From Podarcis bocagei (taxonomy: Eukaryota): DNA of 64,000 bases. The stretch lies in assembly GCA_964188305.1 (NCBI GenBank), contig OZ076892.1; one strand, 5' to 3'. Both the position numbers and the translations under genes were made by a program. Below are positions 1 to 11,043 of this stretch, one piece after another (positions within the stretch are counted from its first letter, which is position 1; each line of letters opens with the position of its first letter). The notes beneath the pieces are model-generated. The model searched no databases and had not been told where the DNA came from. It worked only from the letters and a program-made list of their open reading frames with translations.

Positions 1-93
1 TTCCAGCAATAGATTCATCACCGCCTTTGTCAAATAGCTGCAAGTCCCTCTCTTTCCCAGCGGAGGAGTGTTGTAAAAGGGAGTCATGTCATC
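1..93 (-). CDS. PHKB: PHKB last coding exon, truncated by the window edge: [31 protein letters not shown]...
   Basis: atgcag acceptor at 94-95; matches the C-terminal region; the CAAX motif and stop would lie beyond position 1. Confidence 0.96.
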
Positions 94-1059
94 CTGCATA
101 AGATAAACACAGTTTGATCTCAGTCACAATGCTGATGGGTAACAATCAGACACAACTGAGGACAAGGAGGGAGCCACAGATGGAAAAGCAGGGTGGTGAT
201 GAAGAGGGCACTTCACACACTTGACATTCTCTGTCATGCAGTCTGATAAATATTTTGGATTCCAACCAAATAGCAAATGGGGAACTGGGAGGGAGACAGT
301 GGGAACAAGGAAGCTTCTTAACAGCAACAGAGGCAGACAAAAAAAATAAATCTGATATGCATTGTCTCAAACACTGTGAGTCAGAGATCTCATGCTGCTT
401 CAGAACATCAGCTTTAGGCCGTGGGAAGGCAGCCACAGATCATACCGTAGTCTTTCAGTGAGTCACCACTTCATTGGTGCCAAAGGTACAGAGCTCATCA
501 AGCTGCCGGCTCACCTTTTGCAAGAAGCAATTGTCCCCAAGCAAGGAGATGAGTGGCGGAGGAGGCATGGTCATGGTTGTGTGCCCTGTAGTGATAGTGA
601 ACCTTCCCCCTGGGCTCAATGGAGAAGCCCGTGGCTTTCGAGGGCACGGATAGCACAGCAGAGCTCCTGTGGGCTACAGACGCAAGTGGCGGCAGGGGAA
701 GGAGGGAGAGGGTGGAGCAGATGGGCAGTGATGGGACAGTGGTAGCAGGAGGAGCAGACAACCAGCAGAAGGGAGGTTGGGAATGGGGGAGGGAGAATTT
801 GAAAAAAGAAATGTGCAAGATTGTAGGTGTCTGTTTCATCTGGTGCCCATTCCATGATTATGTACTTCCACAAACACTTTGGGTGAAGCATTGGATTTCA
901 GCCACCCGTCTGTGAACTACACAATTCCTTGATTTGATTCCTGTAGGAGTGTGGCATGAAGGTTGACTCAGCTTTGCTCGTTAGGAAGAAAAGTTCTATT
1001 CTTTTCTTCCTTGCCCAGCAAAAGCCTCTGTAGAGTATCAGGTGAGGACCAGAAAGACC

Positions 1060-1260
1060 CAGGTTCAAATCCCCAATTCAGACACAGAACTATGTGGTTA
1101 CTCCTTGGGTCAATCAGTGTCTCCAGGCTTAGCACAGCACACAGAGCTGCTGTGGAACGAAAGTGTCTGTGGAGGAAGGAGAGGCAGGAACAACACCCCC
1201 AGCTCCTTGGAAGAATGGTGTGATAGAAACATGAGAAATAAAATTGCATGTGAGATAAAC
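1060..1260 (+). mobile_element. Old, diverged tRNA/CORE-type SINE (MIR/Squam3-like)
   Basis: B-box GGTTCAAATCC followed by CORE-like sequence and an L2-like tail; boundaries approximate. Confidence 0.5.
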
Positions 1261-1480
1261 AGTTGCTTGCTCCGCCATTTAGATACGAGGCAGCCACCTT
1301 TACTAATATATGTAAGAATATATGGCAATATAGCTCCATGTTCTCAAATACAGTGATTTAGAACCTATGACCACAGATGCCCCATTCCTTTTCTAAAAAA
1401 AACGATATGGGAAGAAACAACCCATCTCACACATTTGTATTTAGAAGCATGCAGAATGTCATCAATATGATGGTTTAGAA

Positions 1481-1616
1481 CAGTGACGGCCAAACTTGGC
1501 CCGCCAGCTGTATTGGGACTACAACTCCCATCATCGCTAGCTAACAGGACCAGTGGTCAGGGATGATGGGAATTGTAGCCGCACAACAGCTGGAGGGCCA
1601 AGTTTGGCCATCACTG
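1481..1616. mobile_element. Palindromic hAT (Charlie-like) MITE
   Basis: TIRs CAGTGACGGCCAAACTTGGCCC / GGGCCAAGTTTGGCCATCACTG; 8-bp TSD gtttagaa/ctttagaa; internal GGGACTACAACTCCCATCATC...GATGATGGGAATTGTAG. Confidence 0.85.
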
Positions 1617-2114
1617 CTTTAGAAGGAACAATTTTGGAAGCTACTGTTTAACAGAAACAGAGACAAAGGTTGTGTGGGCAGGTGTGGATAAACCAGGAAT
1701 AATTTTCAAGCGTGGATTTTGATCTGAGCCAGAGAGGAAAAGGTTCTGATGATGCTCGTCTATTCTTTAAGACAAGCCCCTGAAGCTGATATGTGGGCCA
1801 AAGTGCAGCAAACTTTGCCAACACCTCTGGCAAAACGAGGCTCAGAGCTGTGCATGCCTGCGCAAACATTATTTCTTTCCTGAGGATCCCCATAAAGAAG
1901 TTGCTATTCATCAATCTCATACAGTAAGGGTGAGGAGAGCCATCCTAGCACAAGGTTACAGTGGAATCATTGTGAATATGAGATTGTTTAGAATTTTAAC
2001 AAAATTTGCTCCTGTGAAGACTGCGGGACACCTCACAAACCAAATGAAAAAAACACACTGGCCTTGTGGATTAATCAATCCTGGTAAGAAACAAGAGCAA
2101 AAGAGGCATTAGGC

Positions 2115-2245
2115 CAGTTGTAGCCAAACCTGGCCCTCCAGCTGTTTTGGGACTACAATTCCCATCATCCCTGACCACTGGTCTTGTTAGCTACGGATGA
2201 TGTGAGTTGTAGTCCCAATACAGCTGGAATGCCATGTCTGGCTTT
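2115..2245. mobile_element. Palindromic hAT MITE, same family, degraded
   Basis: Same core GGGACTACAATTCCCATCATCCCTGACCACTGG...GATGATG...TTGTAGTCCC. Confidence 0.7.
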
Positions 2246-2265
2246 GGCATGAGATTTGTACTGAC

Positions 2266-2406
2266 TTGTTTCTCGGTGCCCTTGAGCTTGTTCTGGTCCT
2301 TCTGGAAATCATGAAATGCTTCTTTCACCAGTCCGTCCAAGTCCACTTTATCCTGAAACTCTAATTCAGGGTTTCTTTCCAGAATAACGGAGACAACCAT
2401 CAACAA
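2266..2406 (-). CDS. PHKB: PHKB exon (141 nt) [47 protein letters not shown]
   Basis: ctttag acceptor, gtcagt donor; visible in ORF 2191..2406. Confidence 0.96.
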
Positions 2407-3227
2407 CTAAAGAATAAAACAAAAGCAAACGATTTAGACACACTACCTTCCCTTTCAAGGGTAGTTTAAAATCTGGGTAGTTTCAAGCCACGAAGTAAAA
2501 TGGGAAATTAGAAATGACTAAAAACATACATAAAATATACCCAACACTTAGACATTTATGGTGGAGGAATACTCAAAAGATCATTACAATAGCCCCATTC
2601 ATACATTATGTACATTTAGGGTGCTCAAGCCTTGAAGAAAGAAGTGTGCATCCCTGCTCCCAACATTTGTGCGCTGAGCATGGACATCCGAAGAAGAACC
2701 CATAGAAATGAGCAACTGTTCACACACAGCAGTTCCTCTTCATATGTCCGTGTGTTGGAGGAGAGTTAGCTTAGGCATGCAGGATTGAGGGTGGAGCCAG
2801 CAATACAACCTAGTCTTTCAATGCATGAGTGCCCCACTAGTATTTAATGTGTGAATAGAGGTAATGATCTGAAGTAGAAATAATAATAGCCAGATGTTGG
2901 ATAAGAGGTGTAATTACTGGTAAAGATAAACATCCATGGATTTGAAATACAGTGACAAAAGAAAAAGCCATTTGAAATATTTGTGGCACCTTTTCTATTC
3001 TGCCTTCTTTTCCACTTACTCATATAAAACTCTCTGTTCCTCTCCCCGCCCCAAACTTAAACTTCATGCAAAGCAAATAATTTTCTTTTGACACATAACG
3101 TAATGTTTAGTCTTGCAGCTGACAAAGCTGAACTTAGTTTTTATTTTGCTATTTTCAAATAATGCAAGAAACAACACTTGGTGTGGTGGTGGGAATCCTT
3201 AAAGATCTATTTCCTGGGAACTGGATA

Positions 3228-3501
3228 CAGTGGTACCTCGTGTTAAGTACTTAATTCATTCTGGAGATCTGTTCTTAACCTGAAACTGTTCTTAACCTGA
3301 AGCACCACTTTAGCTAATGGGGCCTCCTGCTGCCGCTGTACCGCCGAATCACGATTTCTGTTCTCATCCTGAAGCAAAGTTCTTAACCCGAGCTACTATT
3401 TCTGGGTTAGCGGAGTCTGTAACCTGAAGCGTATGTAACCTGAAGCATATGTAACCTGAAGCGTATGTAACCTGAAGCGTATGTAACCCGAGGTACCACT
3501 G
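3228..3501. mobile_element. Tc1/mariner (Tigger/pogo-like) MITE
   Basis: TIR CAGTGGTACCTCG / CGAGGTACCACTG, TA duplication at both ends; internal 16-bp tandem GTATGTAACCTGAAGC. Confidence 0.88.
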
Positions 3502-3691
3502 TAATCAGCAAACAGTGGTCACCATCTAGAGAACTGGTTCTGAGTGATCCCTGGAGTTTTGTGCACAACGTGCAGAACCTGAGGCTTCTTCTTTTTAACA
3601 TCAGTTGTCTCCACCATCACTCCACATAAACTGCATCACAAATTGGCACTTAAAAGATAATAAATAAAACCACTGGGTGTGGAATACAAAA

Positions 3692-4021
3692 CCAAGGAAG
3701 CTGCCTCCCACCGAGTCAGACCATTGGTCCCAGTACTGTCTACACCAGGGTTTCCCAAACTTGGGACTCCAGCTGTTTTTGGACTACAACTCCCATCATC
3801 CCTAGCCAGCAGGACCAGTGGTCAGGGATGATGGGAATTGTAGTCCAAAAACAACAAATGGACACACAAATTTGGGAAACTCTGGTCTACACTGACAGGC
3901 GGTGATACTCCAGGATTTCAGGCAGGGGTTTTTCCCAAACCTATCTGTAAACACCAGGGATTGAACCTGGGATGTTCTGCATGCAGAGAAGATGCCCCGT
4001 CCATGAGCTGTAGCCCTTCCC
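3692..4021 (-). mobile_element. tRNA-derived SINE with a CR1-like tail (Squam2-like), interrupted by a hAT MITE
   Basis: Minus strand reads GGGAAGGGCTACAGCTC...CCAGGTTCAATCCC...GGACCAATGGTCTGACTCGG...CAGCTTCCT; similar copies elsewhere in the window. Confidence 0.7.
3746..3884. mobile_element. Palindromic hAT MITE nested in a SINE
   Basis: TIR CAGGGTTTCCCAAA / TTTGGGAAACTCTG; perfect 8-bp TSD gtctacac (3738-3745, 3885-3892). Confidence 0.88.
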
Positions 4022-4524
4022 TGCTGTGCAGCACTAGGCAACTGTTAGCTACCATTCAATATATTTCTGAGGACCACTGAAAGTTGAGAAACATTGTTGT
4101 CCACCAGGAGGATAAAGCAATCAATGACCACTGGCCATGCTGGCTATGTTCTACCTCACCTGTCAGAGCCTGTGTGCTCCTGGATACAAGTTGCTCGGAA
4201 TCACTAATGGGTACAGTGCTGTTACACTTCAGTTCTGGTTTTTGGGGTTTCTATAGGCATCTATAGAACAGGATGCTGGACTAGATGGGCCTTTGGCCTG
4301 AGCCATCAGGGCTACTCTTACATCACCAAAACAGTTGTTATTACTTATTCTAATTATGATGTCAGGAGACTACAGGACAAGATTGAGACAAGACTGAGAC
4401 AGTGTCATTTTCTTTGAAAGTCTTTCATGGCTTAAGTCCCTGAACACATTCATTCACTCGCTGCTTTTTTAAAATGTAAGATGAAACAACTAATTCATAT
4501 CTCTCATCATCATATGGTACAAAC

Positions 4525-4632
4525 CTCTACAATGATTTGCCTGTATTCAGGCTGATCAATACTCTTTAACATGTCCTCAACCAGAAGGGAAAAGTTCATT
4601 TCATACATGGTCATGTCTGACAATGTTGGTTG
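4525..4632 (-). CDS. PHKB: PHKB exon (108 nt) [36 protein letters not shown]
   Basis: ttttacag acceptor, gtttgt donor, phase 0/0. Confidence 0.96.
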
Positions 4633-5582
4633 CTGTAAAACAAACAAAAGCAGATGCTTAAGTGAACTTTAATAGCAATATCAGTCAATTTCTAGAAAGT
4701 AGAAAGCATTTGGCAAATATGTTCTTTGATAACTGAAAACAAGCACATGCCCTATTTCTTCAAGGTGGTGAGTGGGTTATTTGAACCAATTATAGGTGTC
4801 ATCTGCCTGGGTAAGATTAAGCTCCTTTCAGAACAAGGAATTATTTTAATGCACAAGTCTGACACATCCAAGGTTCTTCTGGTACTGAAGAGCCAAGAAA
4901 TCAACAATTAATTCCACTTCTCTTTGGAATTTGTAGACTGTCTTAGGCATTTATGCAAGGCTTTGCCAATTTAAAGTGCTTTGCACTACAAAACTACCAA
5001 CCAGCTCACCAATACTCCTGTTTTACACATAAGGAACCAAGGCTCAAAATTGAGCCTAAGTTCAGAACAAAGGGGACGGAGAAACTTGAAAATCTTGGAC
5101 ATACCCATTAACAGTGAGGGATACACTACAAGGGATGAATGCATATAGGTGACACCTCCACGATCAATAGAACTTGATTGGATAGGAACTCTGTGCCCAG
5201 TCCCAAGGCAGTTGGACTACATGGAACTTTGACTTAATCCAGCAGGCTCTGTCCTTGTGTCCAGACTAGCATGACAGCATCCATGGGGAGGGGAGGAACT
5301 GAATTCTGGGACTCAGAGGCGCCAGGTCGCCCCCAAGATTGAGGGGGCCTGGCATGCATTGTGCGGGCAACAGAGGACAAGCGCTCTGGAGGAACTGGCC
5401 ATTGGCTCTCCAAAACATGCAGGGCTGCCTCCAGATTGAGGAGACCCAACCCCCTTAAAACAAATATTGAGGGGGCCAAGGTGCCTTCGGCCCCCTAAAG
5501 TTGGCACGCCTGCTGGGACTCAAGTTACAAGCCTAGCTTTTTTACCACTGGTGAATGTTTGCTTCCTCTCTGAGAACACAAA

Positions 5583-5935
5583 GTAAAGGTAAAGGGACCC
5601 CTGACCATTAGGTCCAGTCGTGGCCGACTCTGGGGTTGCGGCGCTCATCTCGCTTTATTGGCCGAGGGAACCGGCGAACAGCTTCCGGGTCATGTGGCCA
5701 GCATGACTAAGCCGCTTCTGGCGAACCAGAGCAGCGCACGGAAACACCGTTTACCTTCCCGCCGGAGTGCTACCTATTTATCTACTTGCACTTTGACGTG
5801 CTTTCAAACTGCTAGGTTGGCAGGAGCAGGGACCGAGCAACAGGAGCTCACCCCATTGTGGGGATTCGAACCGCCAACCTTCTGATCGGGAAGTCCTAGG
5901 CTCTGTGGTTTAACCCACAGCGCCACCCGCGTCCC
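5583..5935 (-). mobile_element. Sauria SINE (Squam1/POM-type), full length
   Basis: tRNA-like head GGGACGCGGGTGGCGCTGTGG...GGTTCGAATCCC, (ACCTTT)n tail, imperfect TSD tctgagaacacaa/tctgagaaaacaa; two more copies in the window. Confidence 0.92.
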
Positions 5936-6003
5936 TGTCTGAGAAAACAAGGTAGTCATCTAAAAACAAAAGTGACTTCAGAGCCCCATGTGGGTGGTTT
6001 TAC

Positions 6004-6133
6004 CTGTGGCAAAAAATTCCCTGCTACTATTAAACCGTTGGGTGTTCTCTCCAAGATTTGCCACACCCTGTCATAGAACCCACTGGGAGTTCGATTCAAT
6101 GCACCATCAATCTGACGTCTGTTCAACCAGCAT
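6004..6133 (-). CDS. PHKB: PHKB exon (130 nt) (R)[43 protein letters not shown]
   Basis: ttttcag acceptor, gtaaaa donor; conserved RRQIDGxLNR motif. Confidence 0.97.
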
Positions 6134-7494
6134 CTGAAAACAAAAAGAAGAAGAGGGAAAAGAAGAAAATGTGGATGAGCTCACAAAAGCAATCTGTTTC
6201 CAGATCAAAACAATGCTTGCTTTGTGGATTAATTAAGCCCAGTATGAAATAAAAGCAAAAAAAATCAATCCATCAATAATGCAAAACACAGCATGCTGTG
6301 CTGCGTTTCTTGCTAAATGTTTCATACGGTTATTTTAATGAAAAGGACAAAAGTAGACTCTAATGAGAACAAAGCAAAATGCTCAGCCTCACAGTCATAG
6401 TGTTAAAGTTAAACGTGTGCCTTATTAATAGGTCTAAAGATTTTCAAAAAGTTAAATCTCTTTAAGTGGGAAAACAAAGGAAATCAACCAAATTAATCTC
6501 TTTGGGTCACAACCGAAGGTTAATCTACTAGAGGCAGTCAAAGCCTTCAAGCGAAAAAGCATCCTGGCTTTTCAGGTATTTTCAACATCTTGACACGTTT
6601 GAAAAATGTAAGCAAAGCTTGAGCCTGTAATTCATCTCAACTGTCGCCCAGTGCCCTAGCATCATTTTAAAAAGTTATATTTCATTTAGGAAGTTACCAT
6701 CACCTGTTCTCTTTTGCAACTAAAGATACCAGGGCTCAGCCCAGCTAAGGTTAAAATAACAAGGCAATTTAGGGTGACTTTAGCCCTCCCCATGTCAAAC
6801 TGCAACACAGCGACTGAGCTGGATCAGGGCCCGCAGAAAACTTCATGTTGCTCTGCTTTTTATATGTTCTACTTTTATGTACATTACTTAGCTATGTTTC
6901 TCTATGTCCATGAGCTTTGCAAGAAGTGAGGCTGTCTGGAATGCTGCCTTCAGAGTGATGAAGAGCTCTGGATAATTAATTTGTTAAAGAGGAGCAGTAA
7001 ATGACGATGATATTTTTTTAAAAAGCTACCAGCTTTACTTAATTTTTTTAAAAAAAAAATTCATCCATTGCTGTGCTTGGGGGAAAGAAATCCTTTGGAG
7101 CAATTTAGCATTCTGCAGGCAGCAATCTGGACAAACCTGCCGTATAAGAGGATGCCCCCTCCCAACACAAATAAGCACTGGAAAGAGTGAAGCTGTTAAT
7201 GTTTAAAAATATATACAAGCAAGAATATACACCATGGCCACCTCTTAATTATTTAAGGAAAGAAAGATAACAATACAAACCTCTCCACCCCCCCAAAATA
7301 TGGCTTTTGAGATTTTTCCTGGCTTAGTATAGATATTACCTGATTTTGGAGGATAGTGAATCCCTTTTACTTCCCCCACAAAAGCGCTTGGACCTGTTTG
7401 TTTGCAACTGGCAAGCTTAATTCCCTCTGGAGGGGGCTCCGGAGTCCTTTGCCAAGAGGGGAAAAAGGTATAGCTATTTTTAGTTCCCCCTTAA

Positions 7495-7628
7495 CAGGCA
7501 TAGGCAAACTCGGCCCTCCAGATGTTTTGGGACTACAATTCCCATCATCCCTGCCCACTGGTCCTGTTAGCTAGGGATGATGGGCGTTGTAGTCTCAAAA
7601 CATCTGGAGAGCAGTTTGCCTATGCCTG
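7495..7628. mobile_element. Palindromic hAT MITE
   Basis: TIR CAGGCATAGGCAAACT / AGTTTGCCTATGCCTG; same internal core; diverged 8-bp TSD. Confidence 0.85.
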
Positions 7629-7779
7629 CCCTATAAGAACGAATGTGGTAAAAAAACAAACAAACAAAAACCACAGAGATAGATACACAGCAAATATTGA
7701 GGCCTGTGCACACCTCTTAGCTATTCATAAATGTTTCAGAATGAACAGAGAAAGTATTATACAGACTGAAAGGCATTGT

Positions 7780-7890
7780 TTAGGGAAGTTTTTAATGTTT
7801 GATATTTTATCGTGTTTTTAATATTCTGTTGGGAGCCGCCCAGAGTGGCTGGGGCAACCCAGTCAGATGGGCGGCATACAAGTAATAAGT
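7780..7890 (+). mobile_element. L2-like LINE 3' end fragment
   Basis: GGGAGCCGCCCAGAGTGGCTGGGGCAACCCAGTCAGATGGGCGG...AATAA tail; a related fragment lies at about 41460-41560. Confidence 0.6.
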
Positions 7891-7955
7891 TGTTGTTGGA
7901 AATTCTTTCTGAAACTGGCTTAAAATTTATCAATTTTCAGAAAGTAAAAAGATAT

Positions 7956-8130
7956 AGGAAGGATGGTAGCTTAGTGGTACAGCACATGCTTTGAATGCAG
8001 AAAGTTCAAACTCAATTCCTGGCATCTCCAGGTGGTGTGAGAAAAGTTCCCTTGTCTGAAACTCTGATGGGCCACTGCCATTCCGTGCAGACAAGACTGA
8101 GCTAGATGGACCAATGACATGGCTATTGGG
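7956..8130 (+). mobile_element. tRNA-derived SINE (Squam2-like)
   Basis: A-box TAGCTTAGTGG, then TCAATTCCTGGCATCTCCAGG...CTGAGCTAGATGGACCAATG. Confidence 0.65.
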
Positions 8131-8458
8131 TGGCATTTCAACTGAACCACATCTCACCGTCAGAGCTTTTGTAAAAGAGCTGGAATGCAGATGAATGGAG
8201 AAAACCGCACATTTCAAGGGATTCATTGGGGAAGGGAGGAGGCGTTGCAAGTATCATATTAGGAAGACTGGTTTGTGTTATTGAGGTACTCATTCATTTT
8301 CATTTTAAACGTGCCTGTGGTGAACAGGTTCATATCATGCCCCCCGCAAATTCCCAAAATGGTAGACAGGGAACAGCTGTCATATAACAAGAGTCCTGCA
8401 GCACCATAAGCACTAACAAATTTGTCACACTGCAACCTTCTGTAGATTAACAAACTTA

Positions 8459-8738
8459 CAGTAGAACCTCTACTTACGACCACCTCTACTTGGGCCTGAT
8501 CCAAGTTGCAACCGTGGTAAACCCGGAAGTAAATACCGAGTTTGCTGCAATTTGCACACGCTCAAAAGCAGCTTCTGCCGTTTGCACACACACAGAAGCA
8601 GTTGCCTCTGTCTGCACATGCGCAGAAGCACGCTGCCGCCAAATGCGCCTGCGCACAACAATGCTTCTACCAGCAACCCGGATCGACTTACGGACAGACC
8701 TCCGGAACTGATTACGTCCGTAAGTAGAGGTTCCACTG
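8459..8738. mobile_element. Tc1/mariner (Tigger-like) MITE, second family
   Basis: TIR CAGTAGAACCTCTACTTACG / CGTAAGTAGAGGTTCCACTG, TA at both ends; internal GCA/GCGCA-rich repeats generate the spurious ORFs at 8470-8890. Confidence 0.85.
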
Positions 8739-10397
8739 TACTAGTTTTTGGGGTCTACAATACCCTGTTGTTTTTGTTGCAACAGACTAACATAACCATC
8801 TCTCTGGAAGTTGCAATACAAGAAGGAATCCCAACTCTGCGCAATCAAGGGCTGGAATCTTCTGAAAGTCTGGCTGTCACTGGGCTATAGTTGGAAAAGG
8901 AAATAAGCTAACTGGATTTTTAAATTATGCAAAGTGCTTTTTGCCTGCTTAAGGCAAGAGTATCTCCTTGGAACTGTTCTTCCCTTTGAAGATCTCTATG
9001 TAGCCAAAGAGAGAGAGAGTAATGTTGCTGATGCTGTTCTGAAGTTTGATTTCATAAAGAGATAAGCTAAGAGCTTAGGAGAACAGCTTTTCTGAGAACT
9101 CCATCTTCACACGTAGAAGGTGGCTAAGAGAAAGGAAGCAACTCATTTACCAGGTTTCTCATATTCCCCAGTTCAAAAGATAATGCTGTATTATCAATAT
9201 TTGCAGAGCTTCCTGCAAAGAGAAGATTAAACACCACCTTTTGGAGGCAAGAAAGGTGTTGATATTACATTCATGTAGATGTGCTTGGCAGATAAGTTGT
9301 TGCTCCAAATGTTCAGAGTTATTTTAAAAGTACTGTATCACTTTGTACACAAAAGCACCAAATCCAAATTAGTGGTAGATGATGCTGTCTGAAGAATAAC
9401 AAGAAAATGGGTCCAGGCAGCCTGTTGAAAAGTTTGGCAATACTTTAAAAATCCTGGTTTAGGGATTCTATTTCTGTAATGATTCAGCCTTTCTTTTGTG
9501 ATAGTTTTGAGTTCACGGCCCCCAACCAAGGGAGCCCCATATACATGTGCAAGTCACAAGAGCAGAAAGGGCACTTTCTGACTTTCCCAAACAGTAACAG
9601 CTTACAACCACTTTCACTCCCAATACCTAAGGACAGATGGAGAAATATGTAAAATCTCCTTGTGATGCAGCATATAGACCAAGCAAAGACATCTTCCTCA
9701 GCATAGTACATCAGTAAATTAGCCTAATTTCTTTCCACTAAACTTTACATGTTTAACAAAATGAATCTTGGCATGTTATCCAGTGCTTTCCTACCACTTT
9801 GGGTTTCAATGCTGTTCCAGGCGTAAAGGGACTGGAGCCCCCCTGTAAAATACCAGTGGTCTTGAACCAAACAATCTGGCCTTGACACTCTGTGTTGGGA
9901 GTCTGCCATTGTCATCATACTGGAGTGGCATATTTACAGAACTGGTACACTTCAGGAAGACAACACGGTTGTGTCTTGAGCCTGCTGACAATGTTTAATG
10001 ACAACCCAGAGGAAAGGGGTCAGCGATCAGCAGCTAAATCCTGCTCTGGCTGAAACAAACTTCTTAAGTAACTGGCCTCTGGGTTACGTTGGCTTCCTTC
10101 CCGGTGTCAAACTAGGTAAGGGAAACCCTACACACCAGATGCTGGCAGCCACTGCCAAGTGAGGTATCAAAATCTGATGAGAGAGCAAAGCTCTCTGCAC
10201 AGCAATAAAGAGAGTGGATAGACTCACCCATGTCTGTCTTTGCTTTTTTGGCTTCAAAATAAGATAAAATAACGTACTGTGAGGGAAAGAACCATTTGCA
10301 AAGGGGAGGGGGGAGGAAAATAAGAGAAAACACTGTTTGTGCAATCAATCAGCAAGGAATGCCAGCATGAGATGTGCTGCGAGAGAGAGCTCCTTAC

Positions 10398-10532
10398 CTC
10401 CCTTGCTGCTGAGGCTGAAGAATATCCAAGAGAAGTTGCTTCACCTCACTGGGTGACAGCTGGTATAAATCCATGGGGGGCATCTCCCCTGCACGGATCT
10501 TCAGTTCATACTTCATGGCATGCACAATCCAT
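10398..10532 (-). CDS. PHKB: PHKB exon (135 nt) (G)[44 protein letters not shown](R)
   Basis: cttcag acceptor, gtaagg donor, phase 2/2. Confidence 0.96.
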
Positions 10533-10816
10533 CTGAAGAATGAAAACATCAGTTAACTCAATCTTTGTTTTTTAAAGATCCAAGAGGAAACCGGGGGTGG
10601 GGGGTGGACCTGTGAAGCTGAAGTTTCCCCAATCAAGAAAGGTAGCAGGAGAAAATCTGAGGTGGATGGAACATATTAAGGTCTACACAACCTGTAGCCT
10701 GTCAAGCTGAGCACAGCCAATGTACTGCAGAGGAAACGCCAAAACAATGTAATAAAAAGGCATTTGATTGTGTGTTGTTTTGAGGATTTAAAGCCAACAA
10801 CAAGAATGACTGAATA

Positions 10817-11043
10817 CAGTGGTACCTCAGGTTACATACGCTTCAGGTTACAGACTCCGCTAACCCAGAAATATTGCTTCAGGTTAAGAACTTTGCTTCA
10901 GGATGAGAACAGAAATTGTGCTCCCAGCAGCGTGGCAGCAGCAGGAGGCCCCATTAGCTGAAGTGGTGTTTCAGGTTAAGAACAGTTTCAGGTTAAGTAC
11001 GGACCTCCGGAACAAATTAAGTACTTAACCCGAGGTACCACTG
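10817..11043. mobile_element. Tc1/mariner MITE, same family as 3228-3501, opposite orientation
   Basis: TIR CAGTGGTACCTC...GAGGTACCACTG with TA TSD; body is the reverse complement of the 3228 copy. Confidence 0.88.

Noticed and set aside
680-800. G-rich tracts (also about 22290 and 33925) as G-quadruplexes
   Set aside because: Common in vertebrate introns, on the template strand, and without supporting context.
3415-3490. Regular short direct repeats resembling a CRISPR array
   Set aside because: No spacers, located inside a MITE, and the DNA is eukaryotic.
5658-5885. Similar 75-109-aa ORFs at 5658, 30612 and 35802 that look like a gene family
   Set aside because: Antisense translations of three Sauria SINE copies.
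5860-5935. tRNA-like sequence with A and B boxes (also at 36000-36079 and 61822-61890)
   Set aside because: SINE heads, not tRNA genes: no proper cloverleaf, and continuous with SINE bodies.
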